Assembly: GCF_009914755.1 (NCBI RefSeq)
Contig: NC_060926.1
Reading direction: 5' to 3' (one strand)
Length of the DNA: 64,000 nucleotides
Source: the human T2T-CHM13v2.0 reference genome, Homo sapiens
This document shows, piece after piece, positions 34,201 to 46,600 of the stretch (positions are counted from its first letter, which is position 1; each line of letters begins with the position of its first letter). The position numbers and the translations under genes were made by a program. The notes beneath the pieces were generated by a model. That model worked only from the letters and a program-made list of their open reading frames with translations, was not told where the DNA came from and did not search any database.

Positions 34201-35520
34201 TAATGCCACACACCCACAACCATGAGATCTCCAACAAAACTGACAAAAACAAGCAATGGGGAAAGGACTCCCTATTCAATAAATGGTGCTGGGATAAATG
34301 GCTAGCCATATACAAAAGATTGAAACTGGACCTCTTCCTTACATCATATACAAAAATCAACTCAAGATGATTAAAGACTTAAATGTAAAACACAAAACTA
34401 TAAAATCCTTGGAAGACAGCCTAGGAAATATCATTTTGGACATAAGAAATGACGAAGGTCTCATGATTAAGACGCCAAAAGTAATTGCAACAAAAGCAAA
34501 AATTGGCAAATGGGATCTAATTAAACTAAATAGCTTCTGTACAGTAAAAGAATCTATCAACAGAGTAGACAGACAACCTACAGAATGGGAGAATATATTT
34601 GCAAACTATGTATCTGATAAAAGTCTAATATCCCTATAAGGAACTTAAACACACTTATAAGCAAAAAACAACTCCATTAAAAAGTGGGCAAAGTACATGA
34701 ACAGACACTTTTCAAAAGAAGACATATATCCATCCAACAATCATAAGAAAAAAAGCCCACTATCACTGATTATTGAAGAAATGCAAATCAAAACCGCAAT
34801 CATATACCATCTAACCCCAGTCAGAATGGCTACTATTAAAAAGTTGAAAAAAAAAAAACAGATGCTGGCAAGGTTGTGGAGGAAAAAGAATGCTTATACA
34901 CAGTTAGGGGGAGTGTAAATTAGTTCAACCATTGTGGAAAGTAGTGTAGTGGTTCCTCAAAGACATAAAAACTGAAGTACCATTTAATCCAGGAATCTCA
35001 ATACTGAGTATATACCCAAAGAAGTATAAATCATTCTACCATAAAGACACATGCACACATATGTTCATTACAGCACCAATTACAATAGCAAAACTGTGGA
35101 AATCAACCTAAATGCCCATCAACGGTAGGCTGGATAAAGAAAATGTGCTATATATACACCATGGAATACTATGTATCCATAAAAAAGAATGAGATCATGT
35201 CCTTTGAACATGGATGGAGCTGGAGGTCATTATCCTTAGTGAACTCAGGCAGGAACAGAAAACCAAATATCACATGTTCTCACTTATAAATGGGAGCTAA
35301 ATAATGAGAACCAATGGGTACAAAGAGGGGAACAACAGACACCGGGGCCTACTTAAGGAAGGAGAGTAGGAGGAAGCAGAGGATCAGCAAAAATAACTAT
35401 ATGTACTATGCTTAGCACACAGGTGACAAAATAATCTGTACAACAAACCCCCACGACACAAGTTTTCATATATAACAAACCTGCACATGTACTCCTGAAA
35501 GTATAATAAAAATTAAAAAA
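31243..35520 (+). mobile_element. L1PA13/14-like, 4.3 kb: end of ORF1, whole disrupted ORF2, 3' UTR
   Basis: ORF2 fragments ([14 protein letters not shown]; [25 protein letters not shown]; KWDLIKL); 15-bp TSD GAAAATCAWTTGGCT at 31228-31242 and 35521-35535. Confidence 0.93.
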
Positions 35521-35535
35521 GAAAATCATTTGGCT

Positions 35536-37078
35536 GTAGGTATGTTAATTTATTTCTGGGCTTTCTATTTTGTTTCATTGGTTTATGTATCTGTTTTTAT
35601 GTCAGTACTATACTGTTTTGTTTACTATAGCTTTGTTGTATATTTTGAAGTCAAGTACCATGCTGCTTTGAGCTTTGTTCCTTTTGCTCAGGATTGTTTT
35701 GGCTATTTCAGGGTCTTTTGTGGTTCTATATAAATTTTAGGACTTTTTTTCTATTTCTGTAAATAATGTTATTGAATGTTCTGATAGGGATTGCATTAAA
35801 CTATGTATTATGTTGGGTAGTATGGCCATTTCTATAATATTAATTTTCCAATCCATGAATACAGGATATTTGTGTCCTCTTCCATTTCTTTTATTATTAA
35901 AGTTTTAAATGTAGAGATCTTCTCCCTCCTTGGTTAAGTTTATTTCTAGGTATCTTATTTTTTTGTAGCTATTAAAAACATAATTTTTTGACTTCTTTTT
36001 GAGGTAGTTAGCAATTAGTGTATAGAAACACTGCTGATTTATGTATGCTGATTTTGTATTCTGCAACTTTCCTCAATTTGTTAGTTACTTTGAACAGTTT
36101 TTTCGTGAAGGTTTTAGGGTTTCCTTTATATAAAATCATGTCATCTGCAAATGGACAACTTGACGCCCTCCTTTCCAATTTAGATGCCTTTTATTTCTTT
36201 CTTTTGCCTAAATGTTCTGGCTAGGACTTCCAGTACTCTGTTGAATAAAAGTGGTGAGAGTGCGAATCCTTGTCTTGTCTCTGACCTTAGGGGAAAAACT
36301 TTCAGATTTCCCATTCAGTATGCTGTTACCTGTGGAATTCTTATATATAGCCTTCATTGTGTTGAGGTATATACCTTCTATACCTATTTTATTGAGAGTT
36401 TTTATCATGAGGGATGTTAAACTTTGTCAAATACTTTTTCTGTACCTATTGAAATGATCATATGTGGCTTTTGTCTTCCTGTTAATGTGGTGTATCACAT
36501 TTATTGGTTTCCATATGTTAAATCATACTTGCATCCCTGTGATGAATTTCACTTGATTACATGAGTGATCTTTTTAATATGCTGTTAAATTCATTTTACT
36601 AGTTTTCTGAAAATTTTTGCATCTATGTTCATCTAAAATATTGGCCTGTAGTTGTGTTTCTTTTTTTTCAGGTTGTGTCCTTGTCCAGTTTTAGAGTTGG
36701 GGTAATGCTGAACTTAAAATGTGTTTGGAAGTATTCTCTTCTCTTTGGTTTTCTGGAATACTTTGGTAAGAATTGGTATTAGTTCTTTAAGTGTTTGGTA
36801 AACTTCAGCAGTTAATCCATCAGGCCCTGGGATTTTCTTTGATGGAAGACTTTTTCTTACTGATTCAATTTCGTTACTCATTATTGGTCTGTTCAGATTT
36901 TCCATTTTTTCATAATTTAATCTTAAGGTTATATGTGTCCAGCAATTTGTCCCTTTCTTCTGTTACCAAATTTGATGGTACACAGTTGTTCATAAGTCAG
37001 AATTCTTTGTATTTTGCATATTTTACTGTAATGTCTTTTTTCTTTCATCTCTGATTTTATTTATTTGAGTATTTTCTC
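35536..37078 (-). mobile_element. L1MA5/6-like, 5' continuation (ORF2)
   Basis: ORFs 36208-36408 (KTLNKIGIEG) and 36714-36905 (ENLNRPIMSNEIES..PGPDGLTAE); resumes exactly after the TSD. Confidence 0.88.
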
Positions 37079-37435
37079 TGACCTTTCATTTTCTGGGCAA
37101 CACCAAGTTGTTTCCACTTTAAGGTTATGTACTAGACTTTTCCTCTTACTGGAATGCTCTTGCTTCCACCCATCTTTGCATGCCTGGCTTCTTGATATGC
37201 TTTAAGTCTCCTTCCAAATATTACCTCCTATGTAAGCCTTCTACCATTTCTTCCAGTTTCACTCTATCCCATTAATCTTACTTTCTTCTTAGCAGTTATC
37301 ATGATTAAAATTGAGTAGCTTGTATCATAGTGTTGAACAGTGTCTCCTTCATCACTCCAAATTCATGTAGAAGATGGGCAGGAGAGAACAGATCTTTTTA
37401 TCTTGCCCAGTGTTGTATCTCTAGCATTTGCCCAG
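37079..37435 (+). mobile_element. L2a 3' continuation
   Basis: ttcctct..ctggaatgctctt..ctttgcatgcctggct.ctt; tgtatctctagca. Confidence 0.75.
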
Positions 37436-37666
37436 GTTCTAGCTTGGTGCAATAGCTAGTCTGTGAACAGTTTGTTGCCAGTTTGCTAAAAGATAAACCA
37501 ACACAGAGCTTTCTACTAAAAAAAATATATATATATCAGCTAAACTAAACAGTATGCCTAGTGACTTAGTTGATTTATATTCTGACAAACTTCTTTTCTG
37601 CCTATGGACTTCTAATAGTTTCTGGAATGCTATGGTCCACCGACTGTACCTTGAGTAGCGTTGACC
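37436..37666. mobile_element. hAT-Charlie MITE (Charlie4z-like)
   Basis: Ends resemble 'ctagtctgtgaacagtttgtt.ccagt' and 'ggtcc..gac...ccttgagtagc.ttg' inverted termini. Confidence 0.5.
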
Positions 37667-38172
37667 TCATTTCTAAGAGGGGCTGGAAGATTTTATTTCA
37701 GTAAAAGCTAAAAGATAACAAAATGTGAGGGATTTAATAAAATATTTGATAGTTTTAGTAGATTGTTTATATTTCAAGTATTACAATCAGTGATAATTTG
37801 TTAGTAAAAAAATTGCTTGTACTTAGCTTGTGAGAAGTAGGGTGGTGTCATCAGAAAAGTCTACTAATAGCCATTAAGGCCAGGTGAGAATAGAGTGTGA
37901 GAGAAAAGGCCAACCCACTGAAGCAGTAGATAAAGCTTAATACCAGAAGTCCTATTAGAAGGTAGGACAGACATGGGAATATTCTAATGACAACTAGGGA
38001 GAATGTTATTTTGTTTTCCCACAAGAGATCAGCATACTGTATTCCAAACAGAAAAAAGAACTCCAAACTGAAAGAGGTTAGTGGGCTTGAAAAACACCAA
38101 CCTACACCTCAATAATCAGAGGCGGTGAAGATTTCCATAAAGGAAAATAAAAGTTTAAGATTCCAATAAATC

Positions 38173-38527
<355 letters not shown>

Positions 38528-38774
38528 TTACAATAACTTACATTTGTGGAGTACTGCCAATGTACTAGATACTGTGGCACATCCATTATGTCAATGAATT
38601 TCCTCAGTAATTCTTTAGGGCAGATACATCTGTTACTCACTTTAACTGAGGCTTAAACATGTATTAAGTGGCAGAATCAGTACTTAAACACAAAAAGTCT
38701 TAAATGGGAGTCTATGCTCTTAAAATTTATGCATACGGCCTTCCTGTGTAAGAAGCTTAACCCCAAATATTCAC

Positions 38775-38810
<36 letters not shown>

Positions 38811-38897
38811 TAGATAGATAGATAGATAGATAGACAGACAGATAGATATAGATATAGATATAGATATAGATATAGATATAGATATAGATATAGATAT
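38775..38897 (+). repeat. Compound STR (AGAT)9 T (AGAT)5 (AGAC)2 AGAT (AGATAT)9
   Basis: Direct count. Confidence 0.95.
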
Positions 38898-39114
38898 GTC
38901 TAGAAGGAACCTAGACAGATATTCTAAACACCAGGTCTTGGGTGAGATACGAGATTGAATATAGAGTGATAAGTGCTGAAAAATAGCTTTTTACCAGAAG
39001 ACCCTCAAAGCCTAAATGTCTGTAATTAGGAATTCTTTTCTTTGGATCTTGAAAGCTTTTCCTATTACTAAGATCTCATAATAACAAGGGAGAAATAAAA
39101 AGTTCTGAAACTTG

Positions 39115-39212
39115 CCTCCTACTGTATCAGAATCCCTGAATTTCTGAATCTGCATTTTTCAAAAGCTCCACATGTGATTCTGATGAACAGACAAGTTTGG
39201 AAACCATTGCCT
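39115..39212. mobile_element. MER5-family hAT MITE fragment
   Basis: ctactg.atcagaatc.ctg..gaatctgcatttt..aagctcc..gtgattctgatg..agtttg..aacca.tg. Confidence 0.75.
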
Positions 39213-39378
39213 CAAGCTAACCTTTATGAAGAAATGGTTGGAAGTTTGCTCAGTGACAGAATGATGGTGTTTGGACAGTGAGAAAAGGGTAGGAAAAAAC
39301 AAAGCATTAAATAGAAACAACATGATTTTTCCTTCCCAAGAGAAATTTTTTTTTTTAACACTTTCTTACTCCTTTCAG

Positions 39379-39541
39379 GGCTCTGAGGGACTTTGAAGCA
39401 AATTGACCCAATGTACTAAATAGAATAGTAATTGCATATTCGACAGGTGTTAGTGTGTCTCTTGGAGGAACAGGTGTCCTGGGGATAGAAAGCTCAGATG
39501 AATACGATATCATCCTTTGGACAGACAGCTGGAAGTCAACG
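39379..39541 (+). other. Candidate non-coding internal exon (163 nt)
   Basis: Branch-like TTTAAC, pyrimidine tract and CAG at 39376-39378; donor ACG|GTAAGC; stops in all three frames; no transcript evidence available. Confidence 0.4.
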
Positions 39542-39762
39542 GTAAGCGTCACTACATGTGGAACAGCATAAACAACGTCCTGTGCTAAAGTGAAGGGACA
39601 TGGCTTTCCCAGTAAGTTCTTTATTTCAAAATCACATATATTAGGGACTTTTTGTTTTCTAATGATGAATCGATATTCTGCCTGCTATTTTGGGATGTCA
39701 CTCTGACTCTTGCTCTCATACAATAGAAAAATGGAACTACATAGCAGGAATCCTTGGAAGAT

Positions 39763-40120
39763 TGTATTAGTCTGTTTTCGCACTGCTATAAAGAACTACC
39801 TGAGACTAGGTAATTTATGAAGAAAAGATGTTTAATTGACTCACAGTTCTGCAGGCTTAAGAGGAAGCATGACTAAAAGGTCTCAGGAAACTTACAATCT
39901 GGTGGAAGGCAAAGGGGAAGCAAGGACCTTGAACTTCTTTACATAGTGGCAAGAGAGAGATAGTCGGGTGAACTGCCACACACTTTTAAAGCATCAAATC
40001 TCATGAGAACTCCCCTACAATCATGAGAACATGGAGAAAACCACCCCCATGATCCAATCACCTCCACAAGGTCCCTCCCCTGACATGTGGGGGTTACAAT
40101 TCAACACGAGATTTGGGTGG
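39763..40120 (-). mobile_element. THE1D-like LTR lacking about 21-23 terminal bp
   Basis: tgtattagtctgtttt...aggcttaa.aggaagcatg...gagatttgggtgg. Confidence 0.88.
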
Positions 40121-40499
40121 TGTATTAGTCTGTTCTCACATTGCTATAAGGAAATACCCGAGAATGGATAACTTATAAAGACAAGAGGTTTAATTGACTC
40201 ACAGTTCTGCATGGCTGGGAAGGACTCAGGAAACTTAGAATCAAGGTGGAAAGCGAAGGGGAAGAAAGGCACCTTCTTCACAGGGTGGAAAGATGGAGTG
40301 AGTACAAGCAGGGGAAACGCCAGATGCTTATAAAACCATCAGATCTCATGAGACTCACTAGCCATAGAGACAACAGCATGGAGAAACTGCCCCCATGATC
40401 CAATTACCTCCACCCTTGGTCCCACCCTTGGCATGTAAAGATTATGAGGATTACAATTTAACATGAGATTTTGGGTGAAGACACAGCCAAATCATATCA
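40121..40499 (-). mobile_element. THE1C/D-like LTR, complete
   Basis: tgtattagtctgttctc...gcaggggaaacgccagatgcttataaaacc...gacacagccaaatcatatca. Confidence 0.88.
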
Positions 40500-40601
40500 A
40501 ACATAAACCAATACTGGGAAAATCTCAGCCAGTAGGTCTCAAATTGAGGTTCAGCTTCATGTTCTTCTCTACGCCCATTTGTGGCCCTGAATAAAGCTGA
40601 A

Positions 40602-40903
<302 letters not shown>

Positions 40904-41174
40904 AGAGTACAGCTGAGTTTCTATCAACCTATGTCCATTGGTCTTGTATATCTGTTAAAATGTGCCATGAGACTCATAATGCCTTATCTAATATTGCCAA
41001 TATCCATTGTATTCAACTATTGTTTGAGTTAATTTAATCTAAAAGAATTCAGGAGAAGCAGCAAGACTACTTTAAGTCCACATTATAACAAAATATGAAT
41101 TATCCTTTATCTGTAGCTCTGAATGCAGTGCACAACATACAGGTTTATTTGTATCAGTAGATAATGGTGATGCT

Positions 41175-41252
41175 AATAACACTTCATATTTGACATAAGT
41201 GAATCCTAAATGGAATAACACTTCATATTTGACATAAGTGAATCCTAAATGG
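41175..41252 (+). repeat. Perfect 39-bp tandem duplication
   Basis: AATAACACTTCATATTTGACATAAGTGAATCCTAAATGG x2. Confidence 0.95.
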
Positions 41253-44200
41253 AGTCTTAGAGAAAAAGTGGAAATATCTATATTTTTTACTTGAGTTTAA
41301 GAGTATTTACACAAAATTTATTCATTACTTAACTCATAAATATGAAAGTAGGAACAAGAGGAAGCTTATGCCAGATGTTTGCCTAGGATTGGCATATATT
41401 TATTGGAAGATTATGAGAGTTATTGAGAGCAAGTCTAGCTATTATCTGTTTAATTTTTTAAAAGTATATTTATCAGAGAAGTTTACTTGACTTAGAAGTT
41501 TTAAAAATGTCATTATTTGCACAGTACATGCAAGCAAGAAGATTTAACTGTCAATAGTTGCTAAGAAAGTGTAACATTAGGTTATACAAGTATGGGGGAA
41601 ATAAAGACATTTTCATTCATTAAATGTGTGTACTATCATGTTGCACGATATTGAATGTATGAAAGGTGAGATTCATAATAATTAGCATGGGTTAAATTCA
41701 GACATTTATATTTGGTGCCAAAAAAAATTGTATACTTACATGATATCCATGTGCCCATTCTGTGCTTTCAGCAAAATGATGAGAAAAATACATCTAGTTA
41801 ATTTATTTTAGAATAATTTATATATTTGCTTCATTATAGGTGAGAAAGTAGAGGAGAATACATTCCCCAAATGAGAAGACTGAGGAAAAATAATAACTAT
41901 TTGTAAACCTGAAATTTGTTTGAGGTTTGGCGCAAGTGCAAGATAGAGTTTAAGGTCATTTCTTATTTCATCTAAATAAATCTTCTTAGGCTGGATGATA
42001 TATTAAGGGGATATAATCTATAAAATGTTTTAAATCACTTAACTCTATGTCACCTGGATGCATTTACTGTGGCTGGAAGGCTCTGTTCAGGAAATGAAGG
42101 TTTCTAAATTGTGACTGTTTTTATCAGGGGGTGAATCTTTCCGAAGAGAGAAGATTGGGGATGTGAGAAAAGGTCCTGGCCAGCAGCAATAGCAGACTGT
42201 GTCACACTGCCAGCAGCAGCAGCAGGGGAATAAAATCTAAAAATGAAATGTGCTTTTTGAAGGATGCATCCTCTTTGTCTTTTCCCCAGATGTACTCTCT
42301 TCCCATTGGTTTACCATATTCTCTTGGCTTGGATGACCACAGTGAGGATGAGACATAGAAAGGAAAACTAAGTCTTTGAGCGAGTTAATAAAATGCTTAA
42401 TTATTAGTGATATGTAATGTTTCCATTCTTATTGCTTTATATAGAATTTCAGGAAAGATTTTGGAGTCGATAGATCTCTGATCCTTGCATCTGATTTCTG
42501 CCTAAGCAGACATCTCTCCCAGAACCTATTTGGGAGCAAGGAGAGAAATGGAGTCAAAGGTGAAAGCTAGCATGAAGATGATTTATTCCAGTAAAACTTG
42601 GGCAATGCATCCCCGTCACCATGTCAGCTGTCAAAAATGCCACCGGCCTTTTATTTAGATGTTTGAGTACTTACTCCTAAAAATCATCAGTCTTTAGAAT
42701 TGGCACTTTAATTAAAACCTAGAGGGAAGTGGTTGGTATGAATTTGTGCACGGGTTTAAGTGTATATGTGTGAATATGTGCACTTATATGCTTTTGGAGT
42801 TTCTGTTTGTGCATGTATGTTAATATATTTTTCATATGTATACACTTACTAGTCTCTTTATACTTTATGCACTTAGGGTTTATTTAAAGCCGTATTTGTG
42901 GTTTTGAGAAACCTATTTATAATCACACTGAGATACAGATACATCAAAAATTGTAATAAGTGAATGTATTCTTTGAAGGAGACCTATTGTAAATCCCGTA
43001 AAAAACAAATATTTATTCTAAAAACAAATATTTATTTCTAAGCTATATTCTAAAATATATCCACTGCAAAAACCACAAATTTTTATTCTAAAGGTAGGTT
43101 ATTCTGGATAATCTAACTTTTTGTAATTCTTATGCTTTTTTTTGGTAATATTTTAAGTTTTAAACAAGAAACCTGTGTATGACAGTACTGACTATGGTCA
43201 GGCAAAACACAGTTAGATCTGAGGATGCTCTCAAATGGCCCAATGTCTAGGAAACCAATGTCTTAAGTCTCTACCTTTGTGAGAACTCTGGTTAGATTTT
43301 CCACACAGAGCTTAGCAAGATGATAATATTTCTGATTTCCTTCTCATCTTCCTTATTAGTGGCACTCTTCATTTTGGGCCTGAGTCACTCTCTTCTGCTA
43401 TCCCCTGGATAACTAGTCAGACCCCTCCCATCTGGCACTCAAATGGGTACACTCTTTTCTAAGAGGAACTTCTCTCTATAAACCCCAAACTCCATGATAA
43501 ATTTCCTGTCAAGGAATTGTCTTTAGCTAATATCCATGTTGAATAATGCTAATCACTGTAAAAGTCTGATGAAATATTACAAGGGGAATTTCCTTAGTTA
43601 GGGCGAAGCCATGACCGAGACAAGTGATTGTCTAAAGGAATGTCAGATTTCAGCAACATGGTCAGTGAGACACATAAAGAGAAAAAAAACCAAGCTCTTT
43701 TTCTCCAAAGAGCTCACACTCTGGGTTATCTTTCCACAGTGCAAAGAAGTATGTGATGTTTTTGCAACAGTGCAAAAAAGTACGTGATTGTCAAGACTGT
43801 ATTCTAATTTACATAAAGTGAAAGGCCAAGTTGAATATTTGTCCTGTTTAGTGTGAACACCATGAAAATTCATCCAGCAGGACCCCATGCCTGCTGTAAG
43901 GGACCCTCATTCAACAAGCCATAATTGCCTTCACAGATTGACCCCCAAAAAAACAATGATTCTAAAGAAGAAAATTCCAGGCCAGTTTTCTTGCATCAGT
44001 AACAAACAAAGAGGGATGTTATAATAGCTAAGAGAGGAATCATCTGCAATTAGGATCTTCTGGACAACAGAATATTACAAAGGTATATGATATTTTAGGA
44101 ACAACATCAGTAAAAGTAACTCTGAACTGGCAATGAAATAACTGATGGTTCTGTTTTACTGTGTTGGCCTAGGCTGAATATAGAAAAAAATACATATGTA

Positions 44201-44447
44201 TGTTATATTTCCAGAATCTCCATTCTTTGTCTCACAGGGATGGATTATATTTGGCAAGCTGTGGCATCTTGGCAACTGTCACCTCACATACAGATGGAGA
44301 TAGGCATGGGTTGGTGAAGATAAAGTAGAGGGGCTGTGAGAATGGCTTGTGTGAAAGTGGGAGAGGACAAGTACTTTTCAGAGTCACAAGAGAATGAGGG
44401 GACACACCTTGTGTAAGAACAAGAAGAGACTATTGTAGGGGCTCTAA

Positions 44448-44851
44448 TGTATTAATTTGCTAGGGCTGCCGTAACAAAATATTATACCACTGATATGGTG
44501 GCTTAAACAACAGAAATTAATGTTATCATGCTTCTGGAGGTTAGAAGTTCAAGACCAAAGTGCTGGCAGGGTTGGTTTCTTTTGTGGCCTCTCTCCTTGG
44601 CTTGCAGATGGCTGCCCTCTTGCTGCCTCCTCACATGGGTTATCTCTATAAACACATGTTCCTGTTGTCTCTATGTCCTAATCTCTTCTTAACAAAAACA
44701 CCAGACAGACTGGATTTGTGTCTCCCCTAATGGCTTTGTCTTAATTTAAGCACCTCTTTAAAGACCCTGTCTCTAAATACAGTCACATTATGATACTTGA
44801 GGTTAGCAATTTAACATACGAATTTTGGAAGGACACAAGTCAGCCTTAACA
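44448..44851 (-). mobile_element. MLT1B MaLR solo LTR
   Basis: tgtatta.tttgctagggctgccgtaacaaa...ggcctctctccttggcttgcagatggc...ggacacaa.tcagcc.taaca. Confidence 0.88.
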
Positions 44852-45141
44852 CCCACATTACCATATACTACAACATGCTCCTGTCAAATCCAGAAATTAG
44901 CTTGGTCTTGGTTACTTACACAGGTGGTCAAAGCTCTGAGGCTGAGTTTTGTTTGTTTCTCTTTCAGCCTTTCAGCAATAATGGCTCCAGGCTGACATAT
45001 CTGGGATATTATTCCATGTATTTGCTATTTCTACCCATTATGCTATCTCTACTTCTAGTTTTATTAAACAACTATTAATAGCTACCTCTGTAGTATATCT
45101 CTGTCCTCAAATGTTTTTGTCTGTTTGATATTTGGTTTAGA

Positions 45142-45432
45142 TCAGGAATCACAAATTAAATCCCTACAGAGAATGAGTAGACAGCACAAATGATGAAATT
45201 GGCCCAGCATAGGCTAACAGGAGTGTTGAGATATATGGTGAACCAGAAATGAGAAAGCCCTGGCCCTTCTAAAGGGAGAAGTGCTGCTGATCTCTACTTG
45301 CTTGGAGCCATGTGGAAATTCTGGTAGTACTAGGTTTTCTGGTTTTTACAGTGAAGTTGGGAATACAGATTTTAATTGAATACTTATAATTTAAAATTTT
45401 TGAACTATTTCAAATAAAATACTGTGTTGGCC
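45142..45432. mobile_element. MER103C-like hAT relic
   Basis: ggaatcacaaa.t.aaat.cctacag...ctggtttttacagtgaagttgggaat.cagatttt...aaaatactgtg.tggcc. Confidence 0.55.
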
Positions 45433-45613
45433 CTTAGTCTATATTCCCTCATAAATATTGTGTCTTGCATCTACTAGAGATGCTGTTTCCGAGCCCATGG
45501 TCAATATAGAAATTCTCATTGAGAATAGGAAATACTAGAATAGGGTGTTCATTTGTAGAAGATAGAGACATTTCTATTTTCTAGGATTCACCTTAGATAA
45601 AGCACTATGTATA

Positions 45614-45920
<307 letters not shown>

Positions 45921-46439
45921 CTGTGTGTTTCATTTAAAAAAAAAATCTACTTAGAGTAAAAAGAAAACTACATGGACATTCTCAAGCAATAAAAATCTAT
46001 TCACCTTAAATTATAAATTAGAAGACTAAGGAAGGCTAAGAGAAGAGAAGGACAGGAGAGGTTCAGCAGCAACAGGTGAGCCAGTGAGATACAGAAAGGT
46101 TGTATATCTCAGAAGGTGAGAAATAGTCCAAGCCACCACAATCAATCCAAAAGGCCTCATGGAAGTAAGAGTGCTTAAGCTGGGTTTAAATCATGAGTAG
46201 AAAAGTGACTTCTAATTTTAGGATGTGGTAAAGGCAGAAGCAGCATGTTACATTTAGGGAATAGTGAGGACTAACTCTTAATTGAGAATGGAAACTATCC
46301 TTCTGTAAAGTTAAACCAATGGGCATTTGTAGTTTGGTGTCATTTCTGGTTGCATTTCCTAACCTTGAGATCTTTGCCTAATTAAGAAAATAGGTGAGAG
46401 AAGAACAGAACACTAAAAGAGAGTCTGTACAGAGTAGAA

Positions 46440-46600
46440 GTTCACAGGCGTTTTTTCTGTTAAGGACCATCATATAATCTCTGCAAGTGCTCAACTCTGT
46501 GGTAGCATGAAAGCAGCCATAGAGAAATTAGTGTGGTTGTGTCCCAATAACATTTTATTTACAAAAGAGGTAGTAGGCAAGACTTGATCTTGCCTCTAAT
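46440..46600. mobile_element. MER58A-like hAT MITE
   Basis: ctcaactctg..gtagcatgaaagcagccataga..gtgtgg.tgtgt.ccaataa.a.tttatttacaaaa. Confidence 0.75.

Noticed and set aside
31884-34918. Series of RT/endonuclease-like ORFs
   Set aside because: Broken ORF2 of a 5'-truncated L1PA13/14 with many stops and frameshifts; not retrotransposition competent.
41175-41252. Repeat of CRISPR-like length
   Set aside because: Two abutting copies with no spacer, in primate DNA; a simple tandem duplication.
43001-43092. Imperfect 19-20 bp AT-rich tandem (aaaaacaaatatttattct)
   Set aside because: Low complexity, two copies plus a degenerate third, probably in an old L1ME 3' relic.
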